This document shows positions 1-9,079 of a stretch of 32,000 nt of DNA, piece after piece; the stretch's first letter is position 1, and each line of letters begins with the position of its first letter. The DNA comes from Micromonas pusilla (Eukaryota), in contig GG663750.1 of the NCBI GenBank assembly GCA_000151265.1, forward strand, positions 341,915-373,914, read 5' to 3'. Both the position numbers and the translations under genes were made by a program. Below the pieces are notes generated by a model. That model did not search any database. It saw only the letters and a list, made by a program, of their open reading frames with translations, and was not told where the DNA came from.

Positions 1-741
1 GTGATTCGACGGCTTTATCCCGAACGACGACGCCGCGCGAGGACGACGATGGACGCTGCGATGACGTCGCCGCGCGTCGTCGCGCGGCGTCGCCGCCGGC
101 GTCGTCGTCCACGCTCCCGACGCCGCCCGCGGCCGCGCGGCGTCGCGCGGTCGATCTCTTCTCTCTCGCGCCGCCGGCGCCGCCGGCGCCGCTCGCGTCC
201 CTCGCGTCCCTCGCGCCGTCGCGCGACGCCGCCGCGCGAGGCGTCGTGTTTGTCGCGACGCGAGCCGTCGACGTCGTCGGCGGCCGCGGCGACGGCGACG
301 GCGCGAGGACGCGCCACGCGAGCGACGACGCCGCGCGCGCGACGTCGCGCCTCCGCGCGTGATTCGACGCGACGCATCGCATCGACGCCATCGCGCCGCT
401 CCCCGCGAGCGCGCGCGCCGTGTCCATCGCGCGCGCCGCCTCGCCCTCCGCGCGCGCGCCACCCAATGGACGGACGATGCGATGTGGCTCCTCGAGCGCG
501 CCTCTCTTCTCTCGCCGATAAAAAACGAGTGACGTCGAGCGTGCGAGGACGGCACCGTGACTATTTCCGCATACGAGGTTTCGCGTATCGTAGTACGTGA
601 ACTCGCGGCACGGCTTTCAGTGTTATTACTCGTACGAAGGTATTACTTCCGCCTCGTATGTCGTACTCGTACTGTCGTTGCTTTTCGGCGCAGTCTTCCC
701 CGCGCGGCGGCACGCGTCGACGACTGACGAGCGAGGCGATC

Positions 742-1491
742 ATGGTGAAGAAGCGAGGAGTGAACCAGCGCACGGGCAAGCCGTTCATCGAGTGGTGCGC
801 GGAGAACGGGAAGCGCGGCGAGAGGCTCGCCAACGAGTTCCGCGAGGAGCTGCCGACGGAGCTGACGAAAGGGTCGAACTACAAGGCGAAGTGGAAGTGT
901 TTGACGTGCAAGCACGTGTGGCGGGCGAAGGTGAACAACCGCACGAGGAGCCACAAACCCGGCGGTTGCCCGAAGTGCGCGAAACGTGCGCCGGCGAGCA
1001 AGACGAACAACTTCATCGTGTGGTGCGAGAAGAACGGCGAGCTCGGCAAGAAGCTGTCGCGCGAGTACGTCGATAAGGACAAGCCGCCGACGGAGCTGAC
1101 GTTTGCGTCGCACTACAAGGCGAAGTGGAAGTGCAGCAACGTCGAGTGCAAACACGTGTGGCGGGCGCAGGTGTGCCACCGCACGAACAGCGACAGACCC
1201 AGCGGGTGTCCGAAGTGCGCGAATCAACTGCCGCTGAGCAAGACGAACAACTTCCTCGAGTGGTGCGAGAAGAACGGCGAGCTCGGGAAGAAGCTGTCGC
1301 GCGAGTACGTCGATAAGGACAGGCCGCCGACGGCGGTGACGAAAGGGGCGGACTACAAGGCGCTATGGAAGTGTGGGAGGTGCTCGCACGAGTGGCGTGC
1401 GAGGATGGCCCACCGCACGACGAGCGACAAACCCACCGGGTGTCCGGGATGCCACCCCAAAGGACCCAAGAAGCGCCAGCGCGTCGACTGA
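742..1491 (+). CDS. Triple zinc-ribbon repeat protein; the units resemble the 'probable zinc-ribbon' DUF4379-type domain
   Basis: Lies in the frame of track ORF 658..1491. The first ATG at 742 aligns with the N-terminus of the inverted paralogue at 7832..8545 (GKPFIEWCAENGKRGERLANEFREELPT). Contains three tandem ~79-aa units: NNFxxWCEKNGELGKKLSREYVDKDxPPT..YKAxWKC..C.H.WRA.V..RT.S..P.GCP.C. No intron signal. The family name is from motif recall only. Confidence 0.7.
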   Translation: MVKKRGVNQRTGKPFIEWCAENGKRGERLANEFREELPTELTKGSNYKAKWKCLTCKHVWRAKVNNRTRSHKPGGCPKCAKRAPASKTNNFIVWCEKNGELGKKLSREYVDKDKPPTELTFASHYKAKWKCSNVECKHVWRAQVCHRTNSDRPSGCPKCANQLPLSKTNNFLEWCEKNGELGKKLSREYVDKDRPPTAVTKGADYKALWKCGRCSHEWRARMAHRTTSDKPTGCPGCHPKGPKKRQRVD

Positions 1492-1649
1492 AAAAACGAC
1501 GCAACGACGACGACGACGACGACGACGAAACCGTGTAAAAACGAACGACCATCGAACAACAGGAAGGTAGAGTGTTGTGATTGAACTCTCTCTCGTCTTG
1601 CCAAAAAATGTCATCGCTCGCGTCTCTTCTTCCTTCCCGCTTTCTTGCC

Positions 1650-3264
1650 TCAGCAGCACGCCCCCCCCGCCGGCGCGTCCCCTCCCCCGCCGCCGCCCGC
1701 CACCGGGCTCGGCCCGCAGTCGAACAGCCCATAGTGCACGTCCCGGTTCCCCACGATCTCGAAGTGTTTCCCCAACCACGTCTCTCCGAGCATCGACGCG
1801 GTGTTCCCGCACACCAAGAACGGCTTGTTCTTCTCTATCCTGTGGTGATCGTCCAGGGAGTACGCGTTGGGGTGCCCGTCGATCGTGCCCTTGTACAGCG
1901 CGTACTGGCCGTAGTCCTCGCACAGGGACTCCAGCCGGCCGGGAGGGAGCTTGAAGAGGCGGTAGGTGATGGAATAAAATTTCGCCTCGCCGAGCAACGC
2001 CGCGAGCGCCTCGGGGTCGTTCCATACGATCGAACGTCGGGGTGGAGTTGAAAGGCGTCAGACGGAGTTGAAAGGCGTCGAGGTGTGTCGGGATTGAAAC
2101 CGAGGTGTGGGCGGAGAGATGCGCCGGGAATAAAAGTCCTTAAGGAACGGCGTTCACCGCGCCGACGCGGTCGTATGGGAACCAGTGCGACATAGAACGC
2201 GCCTCGTCCTTGATCTCAATCTCGTGGCCCTCCAGCACGCGCGGGTCCGCGAACCCGGTCGCGACGCACAGCCGCTTGAAGTCCTCGACGTACATCGCGC
2301 CGCCGAGGCACTCGCCGAGGAGGATCTCGTGCGACCGCAGATCTTCCGGAAGTCTTCGGTCGCAGTAGACGTCGCTGAAGTAAAACTCGCCGCCATCCGC
2401 GAGCGCGCGCATCGCCTCGGACAGCACCGCGGGCTTATCCGGGGAGAGGTTAATCACGCAGTTGGAGATGATGAGATCCACGGAGTTATCCTCGACGTTC
2501 GCCGCGCGCAGGTCCTCGATCGTGCCCTTGCGGAACTCCATGTTCCCCGGCGCGGCGTACCCCAGCGCGTCCACGCAGTACGTCTCCGCGTGCCGCCGCG
2601 CAACGTCCAGCTGTGTGAAAAAAAAAGCATCGGTCAGTTGAAAGGGGACGCGATCAAACGTTGAACCTATGGGGTGGGTGAAAAACGCGAGTGAAGCCAC
2701 AGCACGCACCTGCGCGTCCGTCATGTCGATCCCGATCACGCTCCCGCTCTCGCCCACGAGCGCGGCGGCGACGTAGCAGTCCCTCCCGCTGCCGCTCCCG
2801 AGGTCCAGCACCCTGAGGCCGTCGATCCCGAGCGGCGTGGGCGATCCGCAGCCGTAGTACTTCGCCTTGACCTCGTCCGGGACGCTCGCGAGGATCGACT
2901 TGATTTTCTTCGGAAGAAGGTTCGGCGTGCAGCACGCGGACGTCTTCAGGTCGTCCGACGTCTGTAGCGTCTCGCCGTAGTACTTGGTCACGGAGTCGCG
3001 GACTTCCGCGTCGCCGCCGCCGTTCGGGGCGATGATCTTCGCGCCGAGGAGCTCGTCGAGCGCGGAGGAGGACTTCGCGGCGGCGCGGACGACGGGGACG
3101 GGGCCGGCGCCGGGGCCGCGGCGCGACGACGACGACGACGTCGACGACGTCGTCGATCGAATCGACGCGACGTCGCGGCGGACGCTCGAGGCGGGGCGGT
3201 TCGCGCCGCGACCGAACGTCGCGACGGCGGCGGAGGAGGACGCGAGCGCGGCGGCGGCGGCCAT
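1650..3264 (-). CDS. arsM: Arsenite S-adenosylmethionine methyltransferase (AS3MT/ArsM-like) with an N-terminal Ala/Ser/Arg-rich presequence
   Basis: Model is join(3264..2710, 2610..2203, 2009..1650), and every exon length is a multiple of 3. Motifs seen: TSACCTP, YYGCGSP, VLDLGSGSGRDCY (SAM-binding), IGIDMTDAQ|LDVARRH, GECLGGAMY, YSITYRLFK, and a C-terminal CC. After removing both introns the region EIEIKDE|ALAALLGEAKFYSITYRLFK aligns with human LITIQNKELERVIGDCRFVSATFRLFK without any gap. Confidence 0.85.
2010..2202 (-). mobile_element. Introner element copy IE1, a complete intron of the arsM-like gene
   Basis: Sense (minus) strand reads GACGAG|GCGCGTTCTATGTCGCACTGGTTCCCATACGACCGCG...CCTTAAGGAC...GACGCCTTTCAACTCC (x2)...CGATCGTATGGAACGACCCCGAG|GCGCTC. 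Length 193 nt, GC-AG, phase 0. Confidence 0.9.
2611..2709 (-). other. Conventional (non-IE) spliceosomal intron, 99 nt, stop-free and in frame
   Basis: Sense strand reads GACGCGCAG|GTGCGTGCTGTGG...GCTTTTTTTTTCACACAG|CTGGACGTT. Removing it joins GIDMTDAQ to LDVARRH, matching the conserved methyltransferase spacing. It reads through in the ORF track only because it is 33 codons long with no stop. Confidence 0.8.
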
Positions 3265-3317
3265 CGTGTGCGTGCGCGGGTCTGTGAGGAGGGACGCGCC
3301 CGGCGCGGCGACGACGT

Positions 3318-3893
3318 TTGGAAGGAATGGAAGCCGCGAGATCTGTGACGTCGTCGTGTGTCATGTCAGACTCTGTCCCCGTCACACCGCGACGCGCGAT
3401 GGCTGCCGCGGCGCGCCCCGTCGCCCCCCGCGCGCGTCTCGCCGCGCGCGCGGCGGCGACGACGACGCGCCGCGACGTCGACCGCGCCGTCGCGCCGCCG
3501 ACGCGACGGTCGCTCCTCGCCGCGACGACGACGACGCTCCTCCTCGCGACGACGGCCGCGGTCGCGCGCGCCGCGGAGGAGGCGGAGACGGATGACGGCA
3601 CCCGGGTCATCATCTCGACGTCGTCCGCCGCGACCGCCGCGGTGGCGTCCCCGCTGGAGTGCGCGTCGGACCCGTCGTGCGTCGTCGCGCGCGACGCGAG
3701 CCTCGCGGGGGGCGGGTCCTACGCGCCGCCGACGGAGTTCGTGGAGGAGGACCCGGACGGCGCGCTTCGACGCGCCATCTGTCCGCGGAACCCCACCGCG
3801 GACATCTGCCGCAGCGTGAAAGACCGGAAGAAGATCAACGACTCGCCGTGCCTCATACCCATCGGGCTGGCGTGCGCGATGTGGAAGAAGTGA
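3318..3893 (+). CDS. Small Cys-containing protein with a transit-peptide-like N-terminus and a twin-arginine thylakoid-lumen signal; possibly PsaN-like
   Basis: Single ORF; the start could be ATG 3318, 3363 or later. TRRSLLAATTTTLLLATTAAVARA|AEE fits an RR motif, hydrophobic core and AxA cleavage site. The C-terminal pattern CPRNPTADIC-RSVKDRKKI-x-C-x7-C-AMWKK resembles plant PsaN (C-x8-C-QDLAKQKKV...C-x7-C-GSNVFWKW). The PsaN assignment is speculative. Confidence 0.55.
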   Translation: MEGMEAARSVTSSCVMSDSVPVTPRRAMAAAARPVAPRARLAARAAATTTRRDVDRAVAPPTRRSLLAATTTTLLLATTAAVARAAEEAETDDGTRVIISTSSAATAAVASPLECASDPSCVVARDASLAGGGSYAPPTEFVEEDPDGALRRAICPRNPTADICRSVKDRKKINDSPCLIPIGLACAMWKK

Positions 3894-4100
3894 TTTATGA
3901 TGAGTACGTGTAGTAGGGTACGGTATCGTATCATAGAAGAAGTAGGGCTGGAGAGAGAGGGGGAGAGGAGACGACGACCGCGACGCGTCGATTGGACGTG
4001 TGGCGTATTCATTTATTGATCGTTTTCGTATTAATCGTCTGCGGGAGCCCTACGTCGCGTCCGCCGCGGCGGAGGGCCGGCGCTTTCTCCGAGCGTCCGC

Positions 4101-4131
4101 GTTCGTTCGTTCGTTCGCTCGTTCGTTCGTT
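4101..4131. repeat. (GTTC)n microsatellite next to a TGTAA motif (minus strand)
   Basis: Sequence is gttcgttcgttcgttcgctcgttcgttcgttaca. Read on the minus strand this is TGTAACGAACGAACG, about 82 nt downstream of the stop of the ankyrin-like gene. Confidence 0.8.
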
Positions 4132-4215
4132 ACAAGCACGTTCTCTCGTCGTCACATTATTAGCGCCGCGGACATGCGCTCGCAGCCACTCCGTCACGTG
4201 CGGCGACTCCTCTGT

Positions 4216-5454
4216 TTAAGTCGACTCGTCCTGCGGAGCGCCGTTCGCGCGCGCCCACTGCAGCACCTCGAGGTGACCGCCTCTCGCGGCTTCGGAGCAA
4301 GTCTCCTCGTCCCAAGGAGCGCCGTTCGCGCGCGCCCACTGCAGCACCTCCAGGTGGCCGCCACCCGCGGCATTGACGCAAGTAACCTCGTTCCACGGAG
4401 CGCCGTTCGCGCGCGCCCACTGTAGCACCTCCAGGTGGCCGCGATGCGCGGCATAGGTGCAAGTCCACTCGTTCCACGGAGCGCCGTTCGCGCGCGCCCA
4501 TTGCAGCACCTCCAGGTGGCCGCCAAACGCGGCACTGGCACAAGTCCACTCGTTCCACGTGGCGCCGTTCGCTCGCGCCCACTGCAGCACCTCGAGGTGA
4601 CCGCCTCTCGCGGCTTCGGAGCAAGTCTCCTCGTCCCAAGGAGCGCCGTTCGCGCGCGCCCACTGCAGCACCTCCAGGTGGCCGCCACCCGCGGCATTGA
4701 CGCAAGTCCACTCGTTCCACGTGGCGCCGTTCGCTCGCGCCCACTGCAGCACCTCCAAGTGGCCCCTACCCGCGGCATAGGTGCAAGTCCACACGTCCCA
4801 CGGGCAGCCGTTCGCTCGCGCCCACTGCAGCACCTCCAAGTGGCCGTGTTCCGCGGCACCGGTGCAAGTCCACGCGTCCCACGGAGCGCCGTTCGCGCGC
4901 GCCCACTGCAGTACCTCCAGGTGGCCGCATTTCGCGACTGCGGCGCAAGTATTCTCGTCCCACGGACACCCTCGCTCCTTCGCCCACGCCAACCTGCTGA
5001 CCGACCCGACGAAGTTCGGCATCCTCCCGAGCTCCCTCCTCACCGCCGCGACGTCCCTCACGTCATGGTCGACGGGCGAATCGAAGACGACGTCGCGCAT
5101 CTTTCGGTTCACCGTCGCGAGCACCGCGAGGTCGCCGCTGTCGAGCCGCGGGAGGATGTTCGCGTTGAAGACATCGCGCGTGCGCGCGTCCGCGGCGAGT
5201 CGTTCCGGGAGCGGGGCCTCGTCGTTGAGATCTGCGGAAGTCGATCCGTCCCCCGCGATATCGTCGACGCCGCCGCGATTCATCCGCCTTGGAGACAACA
5301 TCGCGTCGTGTCGATCGCGGGTACGCGAGCACTTCGCGACGAGGCCGCGGAGGAGGAGGAGGAAGAGGACGCGTTGTCGTCGCGCGTGTGGCGAGTGCCA
5401 GATCTCGGGGCGTTTTGTCCGTTTTGCGTTCGGGACGATTATTTGTCCGGTCAA
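4216..5454 (-). CDS. Ankyrin-like repeat protein (9-10 units of 27 aa) with an F-box-like N-terminal segment
   Basis: Maximal ORF. The likely true start is ATG 5301 (MLSPRR) or 5283 (MNRGGVDD); the latter is the ATG conserved in the paralogous fragment at 10067. The N-terminal stretch NILPRLDSGDLAVLATVNRKMRDVV is F-box-like. Nine copies of GHLEVLQWARANG(A/C)PW(D/N)xxTCxxAAxx follow. Confidence 0.7.
   Translation of the reverse strand: MTGQIIVPNAKRTKRPEIWHSPHARRQRVLFLLLLRGLVAKCSRTRDRHDAMLSPRRMNRGGVDDIAGDGSTSADLNDEAPLPERLAADARTRDVFNANILPRLDSGDLAVLATVNRKMRDVVFDSPVDHDVRDVAAVRRELGRMPNFVGSVSRLAWAKERGCPWDENTCAAVAKCGHLEVLQWARANGAPWDAWTCTGAAEHGHLEVLQWARANGCPWDVWTCTYAAGRGHLEVLQWARANGATWNEWTCVNAAGGGHLEVLQWARANGAPWDEETCSEAARGGHLEVLQWARANGATWNEWTCASAAFGGHLEVLQWARANGAPWNEWTCTYAAHRGHLEVLQWARANGAPWNEVTCVNAAGGGHLEVLQWARANGAPWDEETCSEAARGGHLEVLQWARANGAPQDEST
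4219..4990. repeat. 81-bp coding tandem array (27-aa ankyrin-like units) with a higher-order 324-bp duplication
   Basis: The period is 81 nt. Positions 4254..4383 are identical to 4578..4707, a 130-nt perfect match at an offset of 324 (4 x 81). Confidence 0.85.
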
Positions 5455-5558
5455 TTCATCACTGTCAGACTGTGTTTGAAAGGTGTGTTTGAAAGCGCGA
5501 AAATGATTTCATCCGCGGTGCTGGTTCGTCACGCGAGACCTCTTCTAATAAGCTGCTG

Positions 5559-7047
5559 CTACCCCGTCGCCGCCGTCGTCGTTCGCGGGGTCGACGCCGA
5601 GGCGGCGCCTCCCCCGCCACCCCTCCTCCCCCCCGCTCTGGGCCGCCCCGAGGACACCGACGCCGTGTCCTTCCTCCGCAGCCCCTGCCCCGCGGGCTTC
5701 CCCCCCAGCCTCTTCATCCCCGTCGGGTCGTCCCAGTGCGGCAAGCTCGCGCTCGCCTCGTTCACCGCGTCCACGAGGAACCGCACGAGCTCGTTGTCCA
5801 TCCCCGCGGGCGGTCTCGTAAGGTTATTCTCCGGCGCGCCCTGCGTCCACGTCCTCTTGTCGAACCGCCACTTCCCCATCTTGCCGGGCGTGAACGTCCC
5901 GTCCAGGTCGTAGTCGTTGCCGTACGTGAAGTGCAGGATGTAAAAGTCGGAGACGGACTTATCCCACGGCGGCTGCGCCTGGAGCTTCGGCCGCAGATCG
6001 TGTCGGACGCCGCTCAGCCACGACGCGATCGTGTACCCGTACATCTCCAGGACCCACCCCCACTCCTTGTTCGCCTCCGGGTCTCTCTTGATCTTCACCG
6101 TGACGTCGTGCCACGTCGGCGCGATCTTACGGAGGTCGTCCTTGTGGATGAACACGGGGGAGGAGCCGATCGGGTCCATCGCCGCGAGGTCCGCGTCCGT
6201 GATCGTGACGTCGCCCATGAACCTGCGCACCAGCGTCGGGAACTTCGCGGGCTCGATGTAGAAGAACGGGAACGCCGCGGGGGTCCGGCCGTTCATCAGA
6301 TTGTCCAGCGGGCGCAGGTACAGGTGATCCGGCTCCGCCATGAGGATGTAGTCCTCCTCGATCTCCGGGCACTTCTCGAAGAACTGCTTAAACGCGTTCG
6401 GACGCGACAGCACGACGAACCCCATCTCGTCGTCCAAGCGATCGACGACGCACGTCGGGATCTCGTCCATGAGCCCGTCCGGCTGGTCGTGCAACACGCG
6501 CGTGAACCCGCCCATCTGCCCGTCTCTCGGGTCTTGCTTCGCCTTTTGTTTCAGGTACCAGTAGTGCATCGTCCGGACCTGCCACGCCTGGTACGGGTTC
6601 GCGTTCGTCGTGACGACGACGTGGAACCGCTTGTGGACGCCGCGCTCGCCCCTGACGTCCGCGGGCGCGGCCATGCTGCCGGACGTCCACGGGTTATCCG
6701 GCGCGTCCGCGGGGCCCGTCGGGTTCTCAGGCCGCGGCTGATGCTTCAGCCAGCACGCGCCTCGCGGCTCGCGGCCCCCCGCGCAGCCGCCCGCCGCGGG
6801 GCAGAAGACCCACACGTTGCACGGGCGCGGGGTGGCGTCGCGCATGGCGTCGCACGCGTCGTGGCACGCGCGCGCGTTCTCGACGAGGTGCGTCGTGCCC
6901 CACTTGACGACGTCGCCGCCGTACTCGGTGTGGAGTTTCGGCGCGAACGATGATGATAACGCGGTCGGCGACGGCGGCGGCGGCGAGGGGGACGACGGCG
7001 ACGGCGGCGATCGCGGCGGCGGCGCGGCGGCGACGGCGGCGGAAGGC

Positions 7048-7080
<33 letters not shown>

Positions 7081-7511
7081 TCGATCGGCGTCGGCGTCTC
7101 TCGGACGCGATCGACGTCGGCGTCGCCGTCGCCGTCGAAGCCATCGCGTTCTTCGACCCTTTTCTCGTCCTCCTCCTCCTCCTTCTTCTCCTTCCCGTCG
7201 TCCTTCGCCGCCGCCGCGAGCTTTTCCCGCCGCTGCCGCTCCTCGAACGCCCTCACCCACTCGCGCTCGCCGCCGTCGGCGTCGTCCGCCGTCGCGCCGC
7301 TCGTCCCGCCGCTCGTCCCGCCGCCGATCGCGGAAGAGTCATCATCCAACACGAGCAGGCCCGCGCTTCCGCGTCGCGTCGGACGCGGCAGCGACGACGC
7401 GCCGCCGTGGATGCTCCACCACGCGAAGACGTTGAACGACACGAAGAACGCGACGAAGAACGCGCACGAGCGCGCGATGACGCGCCTGCTGCTCCGCGAG
7501 GAGGCGCCCAT
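5559..7511 (-). CDS. Hydroxyproline O-arabinosyltransferase-like glycosyltransferase (HPAT, GT95-like), type II membrane protein
   Basis: Start chosen at ATG 7511 (MGASSRSSRRVIARSCAFFVAFFVSFNVFAWW, a signal anchor); the track ORF extends upstream to 7778 without support. The C-terminal ~380 aa are collinear with plant HPAT as I recall it: FHVVVT..YQAWQVRTMHYWY, FTRVLH, EIPTCVVD, ILMAEPDH, PFFYIEP, DPIGSSPV, WGWVLEMYGY, QPPWD, HFTYG, WRFDKR. A Cys-rich PAN/apple-like stretch precedes this region. Single exon. Confidence 0.8.
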
Positions 7512-7831
7512 CCTCCGCGGCGGACGCGGCCTCGCGCGCTGTCGGTTCTGACGTGACCTGCACTGAGAGTACGGTTTTTTTATCGGTCCCGCCTCTCGGC
7601 TATCGGCTGGTTCGCGCGCGTCCTCGACGACATAGGGTGGGAGATGATGGACGTCCTGGAGCGGACGCCCGCGCCCGAGGCGGCGGCGGCGGCGGCGGTG
7701 AAGGCGGAGTAGTGCGAACGAACGAACGGTAGTGAAGGGAGGGTTACTAGCTAGAGCCCGCACTCGGGGGCCGCGCACGGGAGTCTACACTGAAACTCTC
7801 ACTCGAAGCGAACGCCCTCGTCGCGACGCCG

Positions 7832-8545
7832 TTACCTTCCAGGCGTTTTGCACCCCGGGCACCCGGTGGGCTTGTCGCTCTTCGTGCGGTGGTTCACCGT
7901 CGCCCGCCACTCGTGCGAGCACCTCCCACACTTCCACAGCGCCTTGTAGTTCGACCCTTTCTTCACCGCCGTCGGCGGCTTGTCCTTATCGACGTACTCG
8001 CGCGACAGATTCTTCCCGAGCTCGCCGTTCTTCTCGCACCACACGAGGAAGTTGCTCGTCTTGCTCAGCGGCATGCGATTCGCGCACTTCGGGCACCCGC
8101 TGGGTTTGGCGCTCTTCGTGCGGCTGTGCACCTTCGCCCGCCACACGTGCTTGCACTCGACGTTGCTGCACTTCCACAGCGCCTTGTAGTGCGACGCGTG
8201 CGTCACCGCCGTCGGCGGCTTGTCCTTATCGACGTACTCGCGCGACAGCTTCTTGCCGCGCTCGCCGTTCTTCTCGCACCACGCGAGGAAGTTGTTCGTC
8301 TTGCTCAGCGGCAGTTGATTCGCGCACTTCGGACACCCGCTGGGTTTGACGCTCCTCGTGCGGCTGTGCACCTGCGCCCGCCACACGTGCTTGCACTTCA
8401 AACACTTCCACTTCGCCTTGTTGTTCGACGCTTTCGTCACCGCCGTCGGCAGCTCCTCGCGGAACTCGTTGGCGAGCCTCTCGCCGCGCTTCCCGTTCTC
8501 CGCGCACCACTCGATGAACGGCTTGCCCTTACGTCTGGCTGGCAT
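7832..8545 (-). CDS. Triple zinc-ribbon repeat protein, inverted paralogue of 742..1491
   Basis: ORF begins MPARRKGKPFIEWCAENGKRGERLANEF and has three zinc-ribbon units like gene 742..1491. It shares perfect 86-nt (8443..8528 vs 774..859) and 62-nt (8284..8345 vs 1197..1258) inverted identities with that gene. Confidence 0.75.
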   Translation of the reverse strand: MPARRKGKPFIEWCAENGKRGERLANEFREELPTAVTKASNNKAKWKCLKCKHVWRAQVHSRTRSVKPSGCPKCANQLPLSKTNNFLAWCEKNGERGKKLSREYVDKDKPPTAVTHASHYKALWKCSNVECKHVWRAKVHSRTKSAKPSGCPKCANRMPLSKTSNFLVWCEKNGELGKNLSREYVDKDKPPTAVKKGSNYKALWKCGRCSHEWRATVNHRTKSDKPTGCPGCKTPGR

Positions 8546-8926
8546 GATCGACGCGCGAGACGCGGCGTGGCGGCGCGTAGCGAGAGTGACGTCGAAAAGC
8601 TACGACGCCCGACAGGAAGAAAACACCGACTGACCTGGGGACGGGCTGCAGGTCTCGTGCCCTAGGTTTTTGATCGGTCCCGCCTCTCGGCTTCGGTTCG
8701 TTTTCATCGCACGACCCGTTCAATTAATCGCCTCGCGGCAATTTTTGCGCTCGATTTGTAGGCGTGTGGCACGTGTTGGTTTTTGGTTTTTTTTGGCAAT
8801 TTTGGGCAGGTTTATAATTTTTTAATTTACCTTTTTTTCCATCAAATCCTAAATAACGCGTTCTCCAAGAGAGCTAACCCGAAAACTAATCGGTTAGACT
8901 CGACTTGAAAGAGTGTAGATCACTCT

Positions 8927-9070
8927 GTTCCCTTAGCTCAGTTGGTTAGAGCGCGGTGCTAATATAGGTTATGGGCCTCGCGCCCTCAAAAGCTTAAAGC
9001 ACAAGGTCTGCTTCACAGCAGACTGTCCGCAGATACGCCGCGGTCATCGGTTCGAACCCGGTAGGGAACA
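8927..9070 (+). tRNA. trnI-AAU: tRNA-Ile (anticodon AAT) with a 70-nt intron at the canonical 37/38 position (8965..9034)
   Basis: Acceptor stem GTTCCCT/AGGGAAC; D arm GCTC-AGTTGGTTA-GAGC; anticodon stem CGGTG/CGCCG; loop CTAATA|A; T arm ATCGG-TTCGAAC-CCGGT; discriminator A. The exon sequence TTAGCTCAGTTGGTTAGAGCG.GGTGCTAATA|ACGCC closely matches vertebrate tRNA-Ile-AAT as recalled. Confidence 0.9.
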
Positions 9071-9071
9071 C

Positions 9072-9079
9072 TTTTTTTT
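9072..9079 (+). terminator. RNA polymerase III terminator (T8 run)
   Basis: A run of eight T begins two nt after the tRNA discriminator base. Confidence 0.8.

Noticed and set aside
1-427. A minus-strand frame that starts at ATG 427 (MDTARALAGSGAMASMRCVAS...) and stays open to the window edge. It could be the 5' exon of a gene lying upstream of the window.
   Set aside because: It has only Ala/Arg/Ser-rich low-complexity sequence and no domain. Other frames here are also open (1..600 plus strand, 15..377 minus strand), so the sequence alone cannot separate coding from chance.
2654-3613. Long Arg/Ala/Pro-rich ORFs antisense to, or out of frame with, the called genes. Examples: 2654..3613(-), 5736..6953(+), 6727..7260(-), 12317..13036(-), 22549..23793(-), 27267..28523(+), 30282..31175(+).
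   Set aside because: Their composition (runs of R, A, P, G) is what a stop-poor GC-rich sequence yields in non-coding frames. Each overlaps a frame with clear conserved-domain content, and none shows a recognisable motif.
4219-4990. The regularly spaced repeats (the 81-bp array here and the 37-bp array at 9478..9800) were considered as CRISPR-like arrays.
   Set aside because: The units are contiguous with no unique spacers. The 81-bp array is an in-frame protein repeat, and the context is eukaryotic, with spliceosomal introns and a Pol III tRNA gene.
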